From: a virus
Lineage: Duplodnaviria > Caudoviricetes
Reading direction: 5' to 3' (one strand)
DNA: 64,000 nt
Virus record (IMG/VR): IMGVR_UViG_3300007747_000009
Coordinates: 1 to 64,000 of that record
Below, piece after piece: positions 27,960 through 36,521 of the stretch. Within the stretch, counting starts at the first letter, position 1; every line of letters starts with the position of its first letter. The notes below the pieces were generated by a model that was given only the letters and a program-made list of their open reading frames with translations, did not search any database and had not been told where the DNA came from. The position numbers were made by a program, and so were the translations under genes.

Positions 27960-28184
27960 ATGGCATCGCTACCAACGCAATCAATAATACTGGATGGGCA
28001 CCGATTTAAAATGACTGAAGGGATAGTACAAAGTACTAACACGCAACTCATCATCGATAAGCTCACAAAGGAGCAATGCGATCGGGTACTGCGTGAAGCT
28101 GATAAGATTAAAAGTACTGTACAATCGAACCCAGTCAAAAAGCAATTACTACAAGGAATTATCATGGGGTGTTTACGTAAATGA
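27960..28184 (+). CDS. Hypothetical protein
   Basis: AGGAG RBS. Confidence 0.7.
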   Translation: MASLPTQSIILDGHRFKMTEGIVQSTNTQLIIDKLTKEQCDRVLREADKIKSTVQSNPVKKQLLQGIIMGCLRK

Positions 28185-28333
28185 TCTATCAGCTAGTGAT
28201 TGCAAAACTTAAAGTACTTGATGACCTCGCCGCGATCAAGTACGCAACCGATAACGCTTTCGAATTAGTAGAGCTTAGTGATAAGGGTTACAATATCGAT
28301 GAATTAGTACAGGTTTGTTTGAATAATAAATAA
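28181..28333 (+). CDS. Small hypothetical protein (50 aa)
   Basis: ATGA overlap with the upstream stop. Confidence 0.5.
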   Translation: MIYQLVIAKLKVLDDLAAIKYATDNAFELVELSDKGYNIDELVQVCLNNK

Positions 28334-28358
28334 TCCTGTAACAACAGGAGAGTTTATA

Positions 28359-28628
28359 ATGATTCAAACCGATATTAATAAGATATTACAATGGAACAAG
28401 ATTCCACTTGACCAACTACCAGTAATATTAAAAGAGCAAGGGTTCCAGTTTGTAAAATCATTCAGTACTGATGAACATAGAATCTTTGTATCACAGGATG
28501 GTAAATTTAAGATCATCATACACAAAACAGTGGGCAAAGTATACAGTACTAAAAGCAATCAATGCTTACATACTTTCGCCGTAGTATTGCCTATGCCTAA
28601 ACTGAATGATGTAAAGCGTGCTCAATAA
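28359..28628 (+). CDS. Hypothetical protein
   Basis: AGGAG RBS. Confidence 0.7.
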   Translation: MIQTDINKILQWNKIPLDQLPVILKEQGFQFVKSFSTDEHRIFVSQDGKFKIIIHKTVGKVYSTKSNQCLHTFAVVLPMPKLNDVKRAQ

Positions 28629-28696
28629 ACAAAAAAAGGGTTGACTAAGGTCAGCCCTTTTGCTATTCTACATACATCGAAACGAAGGATACTATC

Positions 28697-29275
28697 ATGA
28701 ACAAACATATCGAAGTACTGAATACACTGAAGTCTAATCGAGAAATGATCAAGTACTGCAAAGCTAACTTACAATTGTTAGGTTCTGGCTCATCTCGATT
28801 GGTCTTTGCTCTTAATGATAAATTGGTTATTAAGGTTGCAAAGGGAACAATTGGTGTTAAACAGAACAGTACTGAGATTAAAGTATGGGCTATGGTAGAT
28901 TATACTTTTGAGTACTATAAACGTTCATTCGCTAAGTTATATACTACTATGTGCCACTGGATGGATTTCTTTGTAGTGATGGAACGTGTTGATACTAAGA
29001 ACAATCCATATAAGCGTAAATTCAACTTCAACACTCGCCGGTCATTCGATACTAACCGTAAAGAAATGGATCCTAAGATCCGCCAGATTTACACGCATGT
29101 ATCAGTGATAGATGATGTAACGTTTACATTGAACCTTCCTGATCTATGTGCTCGCAACGTAGGTGTAAACAATCGCGGAGTACTGAAAGTTTGCGATTAT
29201 GGTTTTGACAAAGCAGCTTATAAGCTTATGTGTAATGGTGTCAAACAAGTACAAACATTATATGTAAAAGATTGA
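28697..29275 (+). CDS. Protein kinase-like (Ser/Thr kinase fold)
   Basis: Gly loop LGSGSSRLVF, VIKVA lysine, alphaC Glu, hinge VMERV, catalytic DLCARNV, DYG (DFG equivalent). Confidence 0.8.
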   Translation: MNKHIEVLNTLKSNREMIKYCKANLQLLGSGSSRLVFALNDKLVIKVAKGTIGVKQNSTEIKVWAMVDYTFEYYKRSFAKLYTTMCHWMDFFVVMERVDTKNNPYKRKFNFNTRRSFDTNRKEMDPKIRQIYTHVSVIDDVTFTLNLPDLCARNVGVNNRGVLKVCDYGFDKAAYKLMCNGVKQVQTLYVKD

Positions 29276-29329
29276 CAACATCGGCTGGTGCTGTATAATA
29301 ACTACATCAGCCACTAAAAGGAAAGTACA

Positions 29330-29548
29330 ATGTTTAAAGTCCGCAAATGGTCAAACACCAACGCTAAACCATACGATGTTGTTTATCTGGATAAGGTTAA
29401 CAACAATCAACACTATCAAGCCGGTGTCGATTTCAGTACTGAAGCAGAGGCAGAAGTATACCGCAAAGCATTAGTACAGTCAGCCAGTGACGTCGGCGTG
29501 AATCATATATTAGATACATGGCCTACCGACGGAGCCGTGGAAGAATAA
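29330..29548 (+). CDS. Hypothetical protein
   Basis: TTGACA..TATAAT promoter; AAGGA RBS. Confidence 0.7.
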   Translation: MFKVRKWSNTNAKPYDVVYLDKVNNNQHYQAGVDFSTEAEAEVYRKALVQSASDVGVNHILDTWPTDGAVEE

Positions 29549-29594
29549 TTAAAAAAGGGTTGACTACGGTCAGCCCTTTTGCTATTATGTATTC

Positions 29595-29636
29595 ATCGAA
29601 ACAATCTAACCCATAGGGTGCGGCAATCCGTCTATA
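29595..29636 (+). ncRNA. CCC-AYA-GGG motif copy 11 (putative small RNA)
   Basis: Terminator-promoter at 29552-29588; core 29606-29620. Confidence 0.55.
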
Positions 29637-29729
29637 CGATTTTAGTACTTAAAAATAAATGAAAATAGTACTTGATTTGTTTGTTCGTTATGGTATTATG
29701 TCTGTACCGAAACAAACGAGGGTAAAGAA

Positions 29730-29900
29730 ATGGAAACATTACTTATTCAGTTACTGGCAGCCTTTTGTGAGAATTTAAACATTCCTATGGAAAGTGCTGA
29801 TGAATTGTTATGTAATGAATTAGGGTTTGATACTCCTAACCCTGAGAACGTGGCATGGCTTAAAGCATACATTGCTTTATGGGATGCATCCAACATTTAA
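29730..29900 (+). CDS. Small hypothetical protein (56 aa)
   Basis: Own promoter; GAGG RBS; METLLIQLLA... Confidence 0.6.
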   Translation: METLLIQLLAAFCENLNIPMESADELLCNELGFDTPNPENVAWLKAYIALWDASNI

Positions 29901-29987
29901 AATAGTACTTGCATTAGTCTTTGAGTCCCGTATAATGTTTTACATAGAGAGGAGAATTGTTCTCCACTCAATTAAGGAAATAAAATC

Positions 29988-30296
29988 ATGCAACAAGTTG
30001 AGCGAGATATCGTATCGTTTTTACTGAATACTGTAATCAACAACGGCTGGACTGTTACACTAAATGATGGTGAAGAAGACGTGTTGCACAACAGCGATGA
30101 TCATGATCTTATCATGAAAGAACTCAACTCAACAGGGGAAGATTATCTCAGAGTTTATGATGGTAAGGATCGCATTGGTACTATTCACTTGGTGTATAAC
30201 GGTGATGCGGATGTTATTTGTAACCATACATCGAATGATATCATTAATGATTTGATGACTGCCATCGATGGTTACATTGAAATCATGGGCGAGTAA
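29988..30296 (+). CDS. Hypothetical acidic protein
   Basis: Cassette with leader hairpin. Confidence 0.75.
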   Translation: MQQVERDIVSFLLNTVINNGWTVTLNDGEEDVLHNSDDHDLIMKELNSTGEDYLRVYDGKDRIGTIHLVYNGDADVICNHTSNDIINDLMTAIDGYIEIMGE

Positions 30297-30371
30297 TTAA
30301 GTACTAGATAGTCCTTGACTAATGTTGAGGACTATCCTATAATACTTATATACCAACACGGGGGATTAAAA

Positions 30372-30719
30372 ATGAAATACGATGTTACTTATCGATCCGA
30401 TCTATATGACGCAGGGCGAGACTGGGAAGGTAATGCTGTCACTGGCTATGAGCATACAGTGATGCTTGAACTCGAGAACGGTCAGCGGTTCCTACTGAAT
30501 ACATCAGCGTACCGTGATACGAAAGTACTCAATGGTGAAGTACTTAACTTTTCAGAAGAAGCATTAACGGTTACTAACAACCGCGTTGCACGTGTTGAAG
30601 CTGCTATGGCTCAAGGTACTAAGCTTAATAAATTGTACTGGGAAGAAACAGATCCCATCTATGGTACTGAGTTTAAAGATATGTTACCAATGGATAACAT
30701 TCCGTTGTTTAAACCATGA
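30372..30719 (+). CDS. Hypothetical protein
   Basis: Start re-set to MKYDVT; GGGGG RBS. Confidence 0.7.
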   Translation: MKYDVTYRSDLYDAGRDWEGNAVTGYEHTVMLELENGQRFLLNTSAYRDTKVLNGEVLNFSEEALTVTNNRVARVEAAMAQGTKLNKLYWEETDPIYGTEFKDMLPMDNIPLFKP

Positions 30720-30727
30720 GGTCTGAT

Positions 30728-30922
30728 ATGAAAAACATTACTAAGCTGGCTTACACCGTTATTGATATATCTCGTCGCTCTAGTATTAATGATGCCCTTG
30801 AGCATGTACTAGGTGAACATACTGAGAAGAATGCCAATACTTATCAGGCAGTCTTTGACGAAGTACAAAACATTTTACATCCTCATGGTACTGGTGAAGA
30901 TAGTATACACTGCGACTTCTAA
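30728..30922 (+). CDS. Hypothetical protein
   Basis: GAGGT RBS. Confidence 0.6.
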   Translation: MKNITKLAYTVIDISRRSSINDALEHVLGEHTEKNANTYQAVFDEVQNILHPHGTGEDSIHCDF

Positions 30923-30968
30923 TATAGAAAGTACTTGCATTCGTGTGAGTACTTTGTTATTATATAGT

Positions 30969-31016
30969 CATTGGCAGATACGCTACTAACCTACAAGGTG
31001 CGGAAGTATATATGTA
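30969..31016 (+). ncRNA. CCC-AYA-GGG motif copy 12 (variant CTAACCTACAAGGTG)
   Basis: TTGCAT-17-TATTAT; compensatory C-G to T-A change in the ACCC/GGGT stem; core 30986-31000. Confidence 0.55.
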
Positions 31017-31129
31017 ATTTAAAGAAATAGAAATTAATAAAAGTACTTGCACACTACTACACATACGCGTATAATGTTTTACATCGAGAGGGGAAAATGG
31101 TTCTACTCTCAAACGTTAAGGAAATGATT

Positions 31130-31657
31130 ATGTACTCTTCAGTTCAAACTATGGTTAACGTCAATGCTGCTACTGGTATCGCGTACGGTTACATCAACGC
31201 GAACAACGTAAACAGTGAAGTACTGAATGATATCTTCTGTAATGGCATCGACGCTCGACGTTTAGAGTGTGACATTGATTTCGCCGTGCGTTTCGGTTTC
31301 AAGACTCCAGACACTAACGAGGGTGAAGTGTACTCAGTATACCTAGCTCGTGTGCAAGATGATCTGTTAGACTTCCTGAATGCAAAACAGGATGAAGAAC
31401 AAGACTTCGTGGAGACGGTAGAATCTCATGACGCAGAGTTCAACGAGTATACAGGTGATATCCACGTTGCTACCATCGATGATACCACTGTTATCTATAA
31501 CACTGATAACAATACTATCTGTGTGATGGATAGTAAGACGGTAGGCAAGTACTTTCTTTGTTCCCCTTGCTGCCCTAACGCTGGTGATCTCGACTCCGCT
31601 GGTGGCGATGTAGACACGTACGATGTACCTGCTAGCTGGCGTGAACTGAATTACTAA
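31130..31657 (+). CDS. Hypothetical acidic protein with CSPCCPNAGDL motif
   Basis: Cassette with leader hairpin; Cys cluster. Confidence 0.75.
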   Translation: MYSSVQTMVNVNAATGIAYGYINANNVNSEVLNDIFCNGIDARRLECDIDFAVRFGFKTPDTNEGEVYSVYLARVQDDLLDFLNAKQDEEQDFVETVESHDAEFNEYTGDIHVATIDDTTVIYNTDNNTICVMDSKTVGKYFLCSPCCPNAGDLDSAGGDVDTYDVPASWRELNY

Positions 31658-31773
31658 TACACAGAGCTAAAAGCTCTTACCAAAGGCGTTGCGGATCGCG
31701 TCGAAGTACTGTAACACAAAAAGAATTAAAAGAAAGGGTTGACTTCGGTCGGCCCTTTTGCTATTATATATCC

Positions 31774-31816
31774 CATAGCAAAACACTAACCCACAGGGTG
31801 CATAGATCCATCTGTA
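31774..31816 (+). ncRNA. CCC-AYA-GGG motif copy 13 (putative small RNA)
   Basis: Terminator-promoter at 31733-31767; core CTAACCCACAGGGTG 31786-31800. Confidence 0.55.
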
Positions 31817-31905
31817 TGATTTAAGTACTAAATTATTTCATTTACTGTATTGACTTAATGATAGTGCCAAGCGATAATGTAGTTACACCAACTAGAGGAT
31901 CTATC

Positions 31906-32151
31906 ATGAAACTTATTAATGTACTTACCAAAAACTTTCCATCTGTTGAAGACTATATGGATGTAAATGAAGATGATAATCGAGTATTGTTCTTAATGGT
32001 ATCAAAGGATGAAGACCAGTGCGAACCAGATTACTCTGTTAACCAGTACATCGATGGCTCATTCGTAGTTCGGAATCTGATGGGCGAAGTACTTTTAGAA
32101 ACTAATGAAGAGAACGAAGTAAAAAAATTCATTAAAGTACTTGCAAAGTAA
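31906..32151 (+). CDS. Hypothetical protein
   Basis: GAGGA RBS; start MKLINV. Confidence 0.7.
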   Translation: MKLINVLTKNFPSVEDYMDVNEDDNRVLFLMVSKDEDQCEPDYSVNQYIDGSFVVRNLMGEVLLETNEENEVKKFIKVLAK

Positions 32152-32222
32152 TCTCAGTCCAGTATAATGTTTTACATCGAGAGGGGGAAATGGTTCTCCC
32201 TCCGGTAACTAGGAGATACACC

Positions 32223-32621
32223 ATGTTCACTATCACTAACATCAAAGACGTTCTGGCAGTTGCAACTACTTTCGGGACAGCAGCACTGGATCACATCATT
32301 AATAACAACACAATGTCATCAGACACATCAGAGATCATTCGATCCGCACGTGTCTGGGCTAAGCGTCAGATCATTGAGCTGGAAAGCTCATCCGACACTA
32401 ACCGTAACTATGATGTTACCGCAGTGTACTATGTCAACACCACAGGCAGTGAGTACATCACTAACCTGTCAGACATTGTAGTGACACGCACTGGCATTGG
32501 TTCTTTCACCCTACCAATAGCCGAGGCGGTAGCACAGGGGCAAGTACTCCCTGAGCAGTTGGTACTGGTACTGGGCATCATACGTGATCGTAACGCAGCA
32601 CGTAAAACGTTAGGACTCTGA
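32223..32621 (+). CDS. Hypothetical protein
   Basis: Cassette with leader hairpin; AGGAG RBS. Confidence 0.7.
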   Translation: MFTITNIKDVLAVATTFGTAALDHIINNNTMSSDTSEIIRSARVWAKRQIIELESSSDTNRNYDVTAVYYVNTTGSEYITNLSDIVVTRTGIGSFTLPIAEAVAQGQVLPEQLVLVLGIIRDRNAARKTLGL

Positions 32622-32687
32622 GTCCTTAACATCAACATCAAGGCCACTGTATCACACACAGTGGCCTTATACTATGAGAGGTATACC

Positions 32688-32900
32688 ATGACAACATACA
32701 GAGTAGAGGGATGCTTAGGCGTTAGCGTAGGCACAGCTAAGACTATCAGTGACGCAAGCGTGTTAGTACTTAAGCAGTTGCCTATCAGTGCAGCAGGTGT
32801 AGCCAACCTAGCCAAGCGGCTAGCCGCTGGTGCCGTGGGGGGACAGGTACGCGTGGAGTATGGCGGTACAGGTTGCACGGTATACTTAGAGAAGGATTAA
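32688..32900 (+). CDS. Hypothetical protein
   Basis: GAGG RBS. Confidence 0.6.
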   Translation: MTTYRVEGCLGVSVGTAKTISDASVLVLKQLPISAAGVANLAKRLAAGAVGGQVRVEYGGTGCTVYLEKD

Positions 32901-33065
32901 AGTACTTACTCAGATTTTAGTTGAGGTAAAATATAATTACCTTAGTTATAATTTGAGTAGGTAACTGTTACACTTTTCTATAAAAAATATTAATGGACTA
33001 TGCAAAATTTTTTTGCTTAGTGAAGGGCAGTCAGGCTTAGCGGCCTCTAAAACCGTATATGGGTA

Positions 33066-33094
33066 TTGACATATATGGTTTTTGCTGCTATACT
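33066..33094 (+). promoter_or_regulatory. sigma70-type promoter heading the FQ-motif paralog array
   Basis: TTGACA-17-TATACT. Confidence 0.7.
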
Positions 33095-33121
33095 GGCAAT
33101 TCATTTTAATTGGAGGGGTTT

Positions 33122-33610
33122 ATGACACAATTTGAACTGGACATGATGTATTGCGACGATGCAGTTAATGCATTGAAAGCAGTTATTAATAACTTAATTT
33201 ATGACAATACTGATTACCGGCAGGTAACATTAGGGAATACAATTAAGGTATTCTATAAAAGAGATATGGTTATGGGTTTGCACAAAGAGGTAGCATTTGG
33301 AACTACAATGACCGTTAACCGGACGATGCAAATTAACTCACATAATTATAGTTGTATGTTACTTGAATTTAAAGACTCAACTGGTAATGATGTATATAAT
33401 ATTATTCCATCCTCTGCGTATGTTGAAGAACAATACTTTCAAGATAGTTTAATTGTAGACCCTAAGTTCCAGCGGGAACTTCTACTTGTTACCAAAATTG
33501 TTGAATATATTAAAACAACTAAATTCAGTTCAATTGAAATATATCGTGATTACTTACCTATACTTATTGCAGATGTTAAAGCTTTATGGGGTGAATCAAA
33601 TGACATTTGA
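33122..33610 (+). CDS. FQ-motif tandem paralog
   Basis: MTQFELDMMY...EEQYFQDSLI. Confidence 0.8.
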   Translation: MTQFELDMMYCDDAVNALKAVINNLIYDNTDYRQVTLGNTIKVFYKRDMVMGLHKEVAFGTTMTVNRTMQINSHNYSCMLLEFKDSTGNDVYNIIPSSAYVEEQYFQDSLIVDPKFQRELLLVTKIVEYIKTTKFSSIEIYRDYLPILIADVKALWGESNDI

Positions 33611-34088
33611 AAAGGATATGGAATACGCGGATCTGGTTGTGGATGCAGTAAGTTGTATTATTGATAATTCCATTTGTAGCAATCATGATTACCGCACGGT
33701 AGAACTGCGTGATTACTTCGAGTTTTTTAAAAATACCAAATGGTTTGGCTCCTTTTATGAAAAAAACCAGTTCTGTATTACCATGAGTTCGTGTAATATG
33801 ATCCAGATTAATATTAATGATGATGTATGTAAATTTATTAATTTTGCAAACTTACTGAATGATACTCCGTCATCTATCATAGCAGATCCTTCAGAATATA
33901 CTGAAGAACATTATTTTCAAGAAAGCTTGATGCTAGATGCAGGGAAGCAACTTGATTTACTTTTGGTATCTAAACTTCGCAATTACCTTAAGACAACAAA
34001 ATATGTTTCAATTGAAATAATGCGTGATTACTTACCTATACTGATTTCAGATGTTAAAGCATTACGGGTTGCATCAAATGACATTTGA
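33600..34088 (+). CDS. FQ-motif tandem paralog
   Basis: MTFEKDMEYA...EEHYFQESLM. Confidence 0.8.
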   Translation: MTFEKDMEYADLVVDAVSCIIDNSICSNHDYRTVELRDYFEFFKNTKWFGSFYEKNQFCITMSSCNMIQININDDVCKFINFANLLNDTPSSIIADPSEYTEEHYFQESLMLDAGKQLDLLLVSKLRNYLKTTKYVSIEIMRDYLPILISDVKALRVASNDI

Positions 34089-34533
34089 AAAAGATATGGA
34101 ATACGCTAATAATATACTACGCATTCGCACGGCGATGGAAGATGGTTCTATCGTTGCGAAAGATGGTATTCGTTCATTCTCAACGAACCCAACTACATTT
34201 GAATACATTATGGAATTTTGCGGGGAAGATGTAGTTATCGGATACTTAGAACGTAGAATCACGCGTATGGCTAACTTTGTGACTAGTGGCGAAATATATT
34301 ACGACTATCGCTCTAATCGTATTCACACTAGATTGGCTGATGGTGGTTCACTTGTAGTAAATGTAGACAAAGAAGTAATAGATGAAGCTTGGTATTTTCA
34401 AAACAGTTTAGTCTACAACCATGATGTACTTAGGGCATTGATGGCCGTCAAAACTTTACAGAGTGTTGAATCGAAATATGAATACTTTCAACTTAAAACC
34501 CGTCACATTGACAACATACTATATAGGTTATAA
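34078..34533 (+). CDS. FQ-motif tandem paralog
   Basis: MTFEKDMEYA...EAWYFQNSLVY. Confidence 0.8.
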   Translation: MTFEKDMEYANNILRIRTAMEDGSIVAKDGIRSFSTNPTTFEYIMEFCGEDVVIGYLERRITRMANFVTSGEIYYDYRSNRIHTRLADGGSLVVNVDKEVIDEAWYFQNSLVYNHDVLRALMAVKTLQSVESKYEYFQLKTRHIDNILYRL

Positions 34534-34535
34534 TA

Positions 34536-35018
34536 ATGACACAATTTGAATTGGACTTACATTATGCAAAAAGCATTGTTAAGATATTGGATGCAGCATA
34601 TACCGGTACTTTAGATAACAATGTTCACTTTACTATTAAAAAAAGTGTCCCTGTGCATGAAGAAGATTGGATAGGAATTAAATCCGAATATGGTATTATA
34701 GAATACAATATGAAGGACTCATTTTTCAACAATATGTTATGGTCTAACAAACAACTTCAAATAGAATCAGAATCGAAAAAGTTGTACATAGCGGGTGACA
34801 ATATGGGAACTTCATTTGAATTAATTACTAATCCAGAAGATGAAGCTACATACTTTCAAAATAGTTTAATTTATGAACCTCACATTCATAGTATGTTAAT
34901 TTTGGTAAGCTACATTAACAAATACATTAATAAGAACGATATAAAAAGCGTTAATGTACTTTTGTTAGGGGATGTTGATAAATTTATTACAGCAGCGAAT
35001 ATGATAGGAGAACCGTAA
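34536..35018 (+). CDS. FQ-motif tandem paralog
   Basis: MTQFELDLHYAK...EATYFQNSLIY. Confidence 0.8.
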   Translation: MTQFELDLHYAKSIVKILDAAYTGTLDNNVHFTIKKSVPVHEEDWIGIKSEYGIIEYNMKDSFFNNMLWSNKQLQIESESKKLYIAGDNMGTSFELITNPEDEATYFQNSLIYEPHIHSMLILVSYINKYINKNDIKSVNVLLLGDVDKFITAANMIGEP

Positions 35019-35536
35019 TGACACAATTTGAATTGGACTTACAATATGCAAAAGACATGGTTCGTGTCAGGAATGCATTACATGACGGTACTATAGATCC
35101 AGATGCAGTGACTATTACACTGTCGCATGGCGATGAATTAAAATATCAGATAACAGTAAATGATATAGTGGGGGTCTTCGCAACAATAGGTTGCAATGAC
35201 GAATTTGGTCGTCAGGATTCATATGTATCAAAAAAATGGCTACACGATATTCATAGTAATGAAGTTGAACTGCACCGGAATGAACTGCACTGGAATGAAC
35301 GTGCCTTTCCACCATATAAACGTAATTCTGAATGGTCATCCCTTCAAATACAATCTGGATATGATGAAGGGATGTATTTCCAAGATAGCTTGATTTACGA
35401 CAATACTGTACTAAGGAACATTGTTCTCATAAACTATCTTTATGCTAACCCACTTCCTAAACCTTACGATAAATTCATTTTCAATCTATCGTATTTCGAA
35501 CTTGTATTGAACGTATTAGATAGGAAAACAACATGA
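35018..35536 (+). CDS. FQ-motif tandem paralog
   Basis: MTQFELDLQYAK...EGMYFQDSLIY. Confidence 0.8.
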   Translation: MTQFELDLQYAKDMVRVRNALHDGTIDPDAVTITLSHGDELKYQITVNDIVGVFATIGCNDEFGRQDSYVSKKWLHDIHSNEVELHRNELHWNERAFPPYKRNSEWSSLQIQSGYDEGMYFQDSLIYDNTVLRNIVLINYLYANPLPKPYDKFIFNLSYFELVLNVLDRKTT

Positions 35537-35985
35537 CACAATATGAACTGGACTTACAGTATGCAAAAGATGTTAGAATCATAATTGAACGTTTTTTGAA
35601 TGATTCACCGAACATTTTTGTTAAAGATAGAGGGCATGATTATCTAAAGTTTTCTCTAAGAGGTGAACCTGTTATAAAATTTAATGATTTTGAGATGATC
35701 AGTACAACCGTAATACAAGACAAAATATTGTCACATGTATTTGGTGCAACAAAAATACAAATAGAACGTCAGTTAGTGTTAGAAACGGATGATATACAAG
35801 TTGGTTGGAAAAATGAAGAACAACATTTCCAGAACTCGTTGATCTATGATGCCAGTACTGTTCGTAGCATTCTTCTATTTTCTTACCTAATGGATCATGC
35901 ACCTTCGAAATATAAACACTTGAGAATTGATCTCAGTATAATTCCTACATTAAAAATACTGTTCGGTCTAAAAAGGAATAGCTAA
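35533..35985 (+). CDS. FQ-motif tandem paralog
   Basis: MTQYELDLQYAK...EEQHFQNSLIY. Confidence 0.8.
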   Translation: MTQYELDLQYAKDVRIIIERFLNDSPNIFVKDRGHDYLKFSLRGEPVIKFNDFEMISTTVIQDKILSHVFGATKIQIERQLVLETDDIQVGWKNEEQHFQNSLIYDASTVRSILLFSYLMDHAPSKYKHLRIDLSIIPTLKILFGLKRNS

Positions 35986-36521
35986 TGCAACAAGTGACAC
36001 AATATGAACTGGACTTACAATATGCAAAGAATATCTTACGAATCAGAGATGCATTTATGAATTCAGTACTAGACGATGATCCTAGAATTATCCGTACAAA
36101 ATCAGGTTATTCTTTTTCAATTAGAGATGAATCAGATGAATACTCAGATGAATACTTTGATAAAAGTGATGACATTATAAATGTACAATGCTATGATGAT
36201 GTAGGTCGTGGATCATACACTACTATTATTGATTATGGTGGTATTCTCATTGAAGATGGTGATACTCATATTATGATATCCAAAGATGATTATGGTACTG
36301 GAGTAGAGTACATCTACCCTACTGAGTACGGTGAAGCAGAACATTTTCAACAATCTTTAATTTATGATGAATTTACTAATAGGATGATATTGACTTCTTG
36401 GTATCTATCTAAACACCCAATAGATAAAGATGCACATTATATTTGTGATTTTGATTTAAATCGTTATAATGACATCATTGCAATCTTAGATGAATACAAG
36501 GAAGATAATGACAACGTATAA
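35985..36521 (+). CDS. FQ-motif tandem paralog
   Basis: TQYELDLQYAK...EAEHFQQSLIY. Confidence 0.8.
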   Translation: MQQVTQYELDLQYAKNILRIRDAFMNSVLDDDPRIIRTKSGYSFSIRDESDEYSDEYFDKSDDIINVQCYDDVGRGSYTTIIDYGGILIEDGDTHIMISKDDYGTGVEYIYPTEYGEAEHFQQSLIYDEFTNRMILTSWYLSKHPIDKDAHYICDFDLNRYNDIIAILDEYKEDNDNV

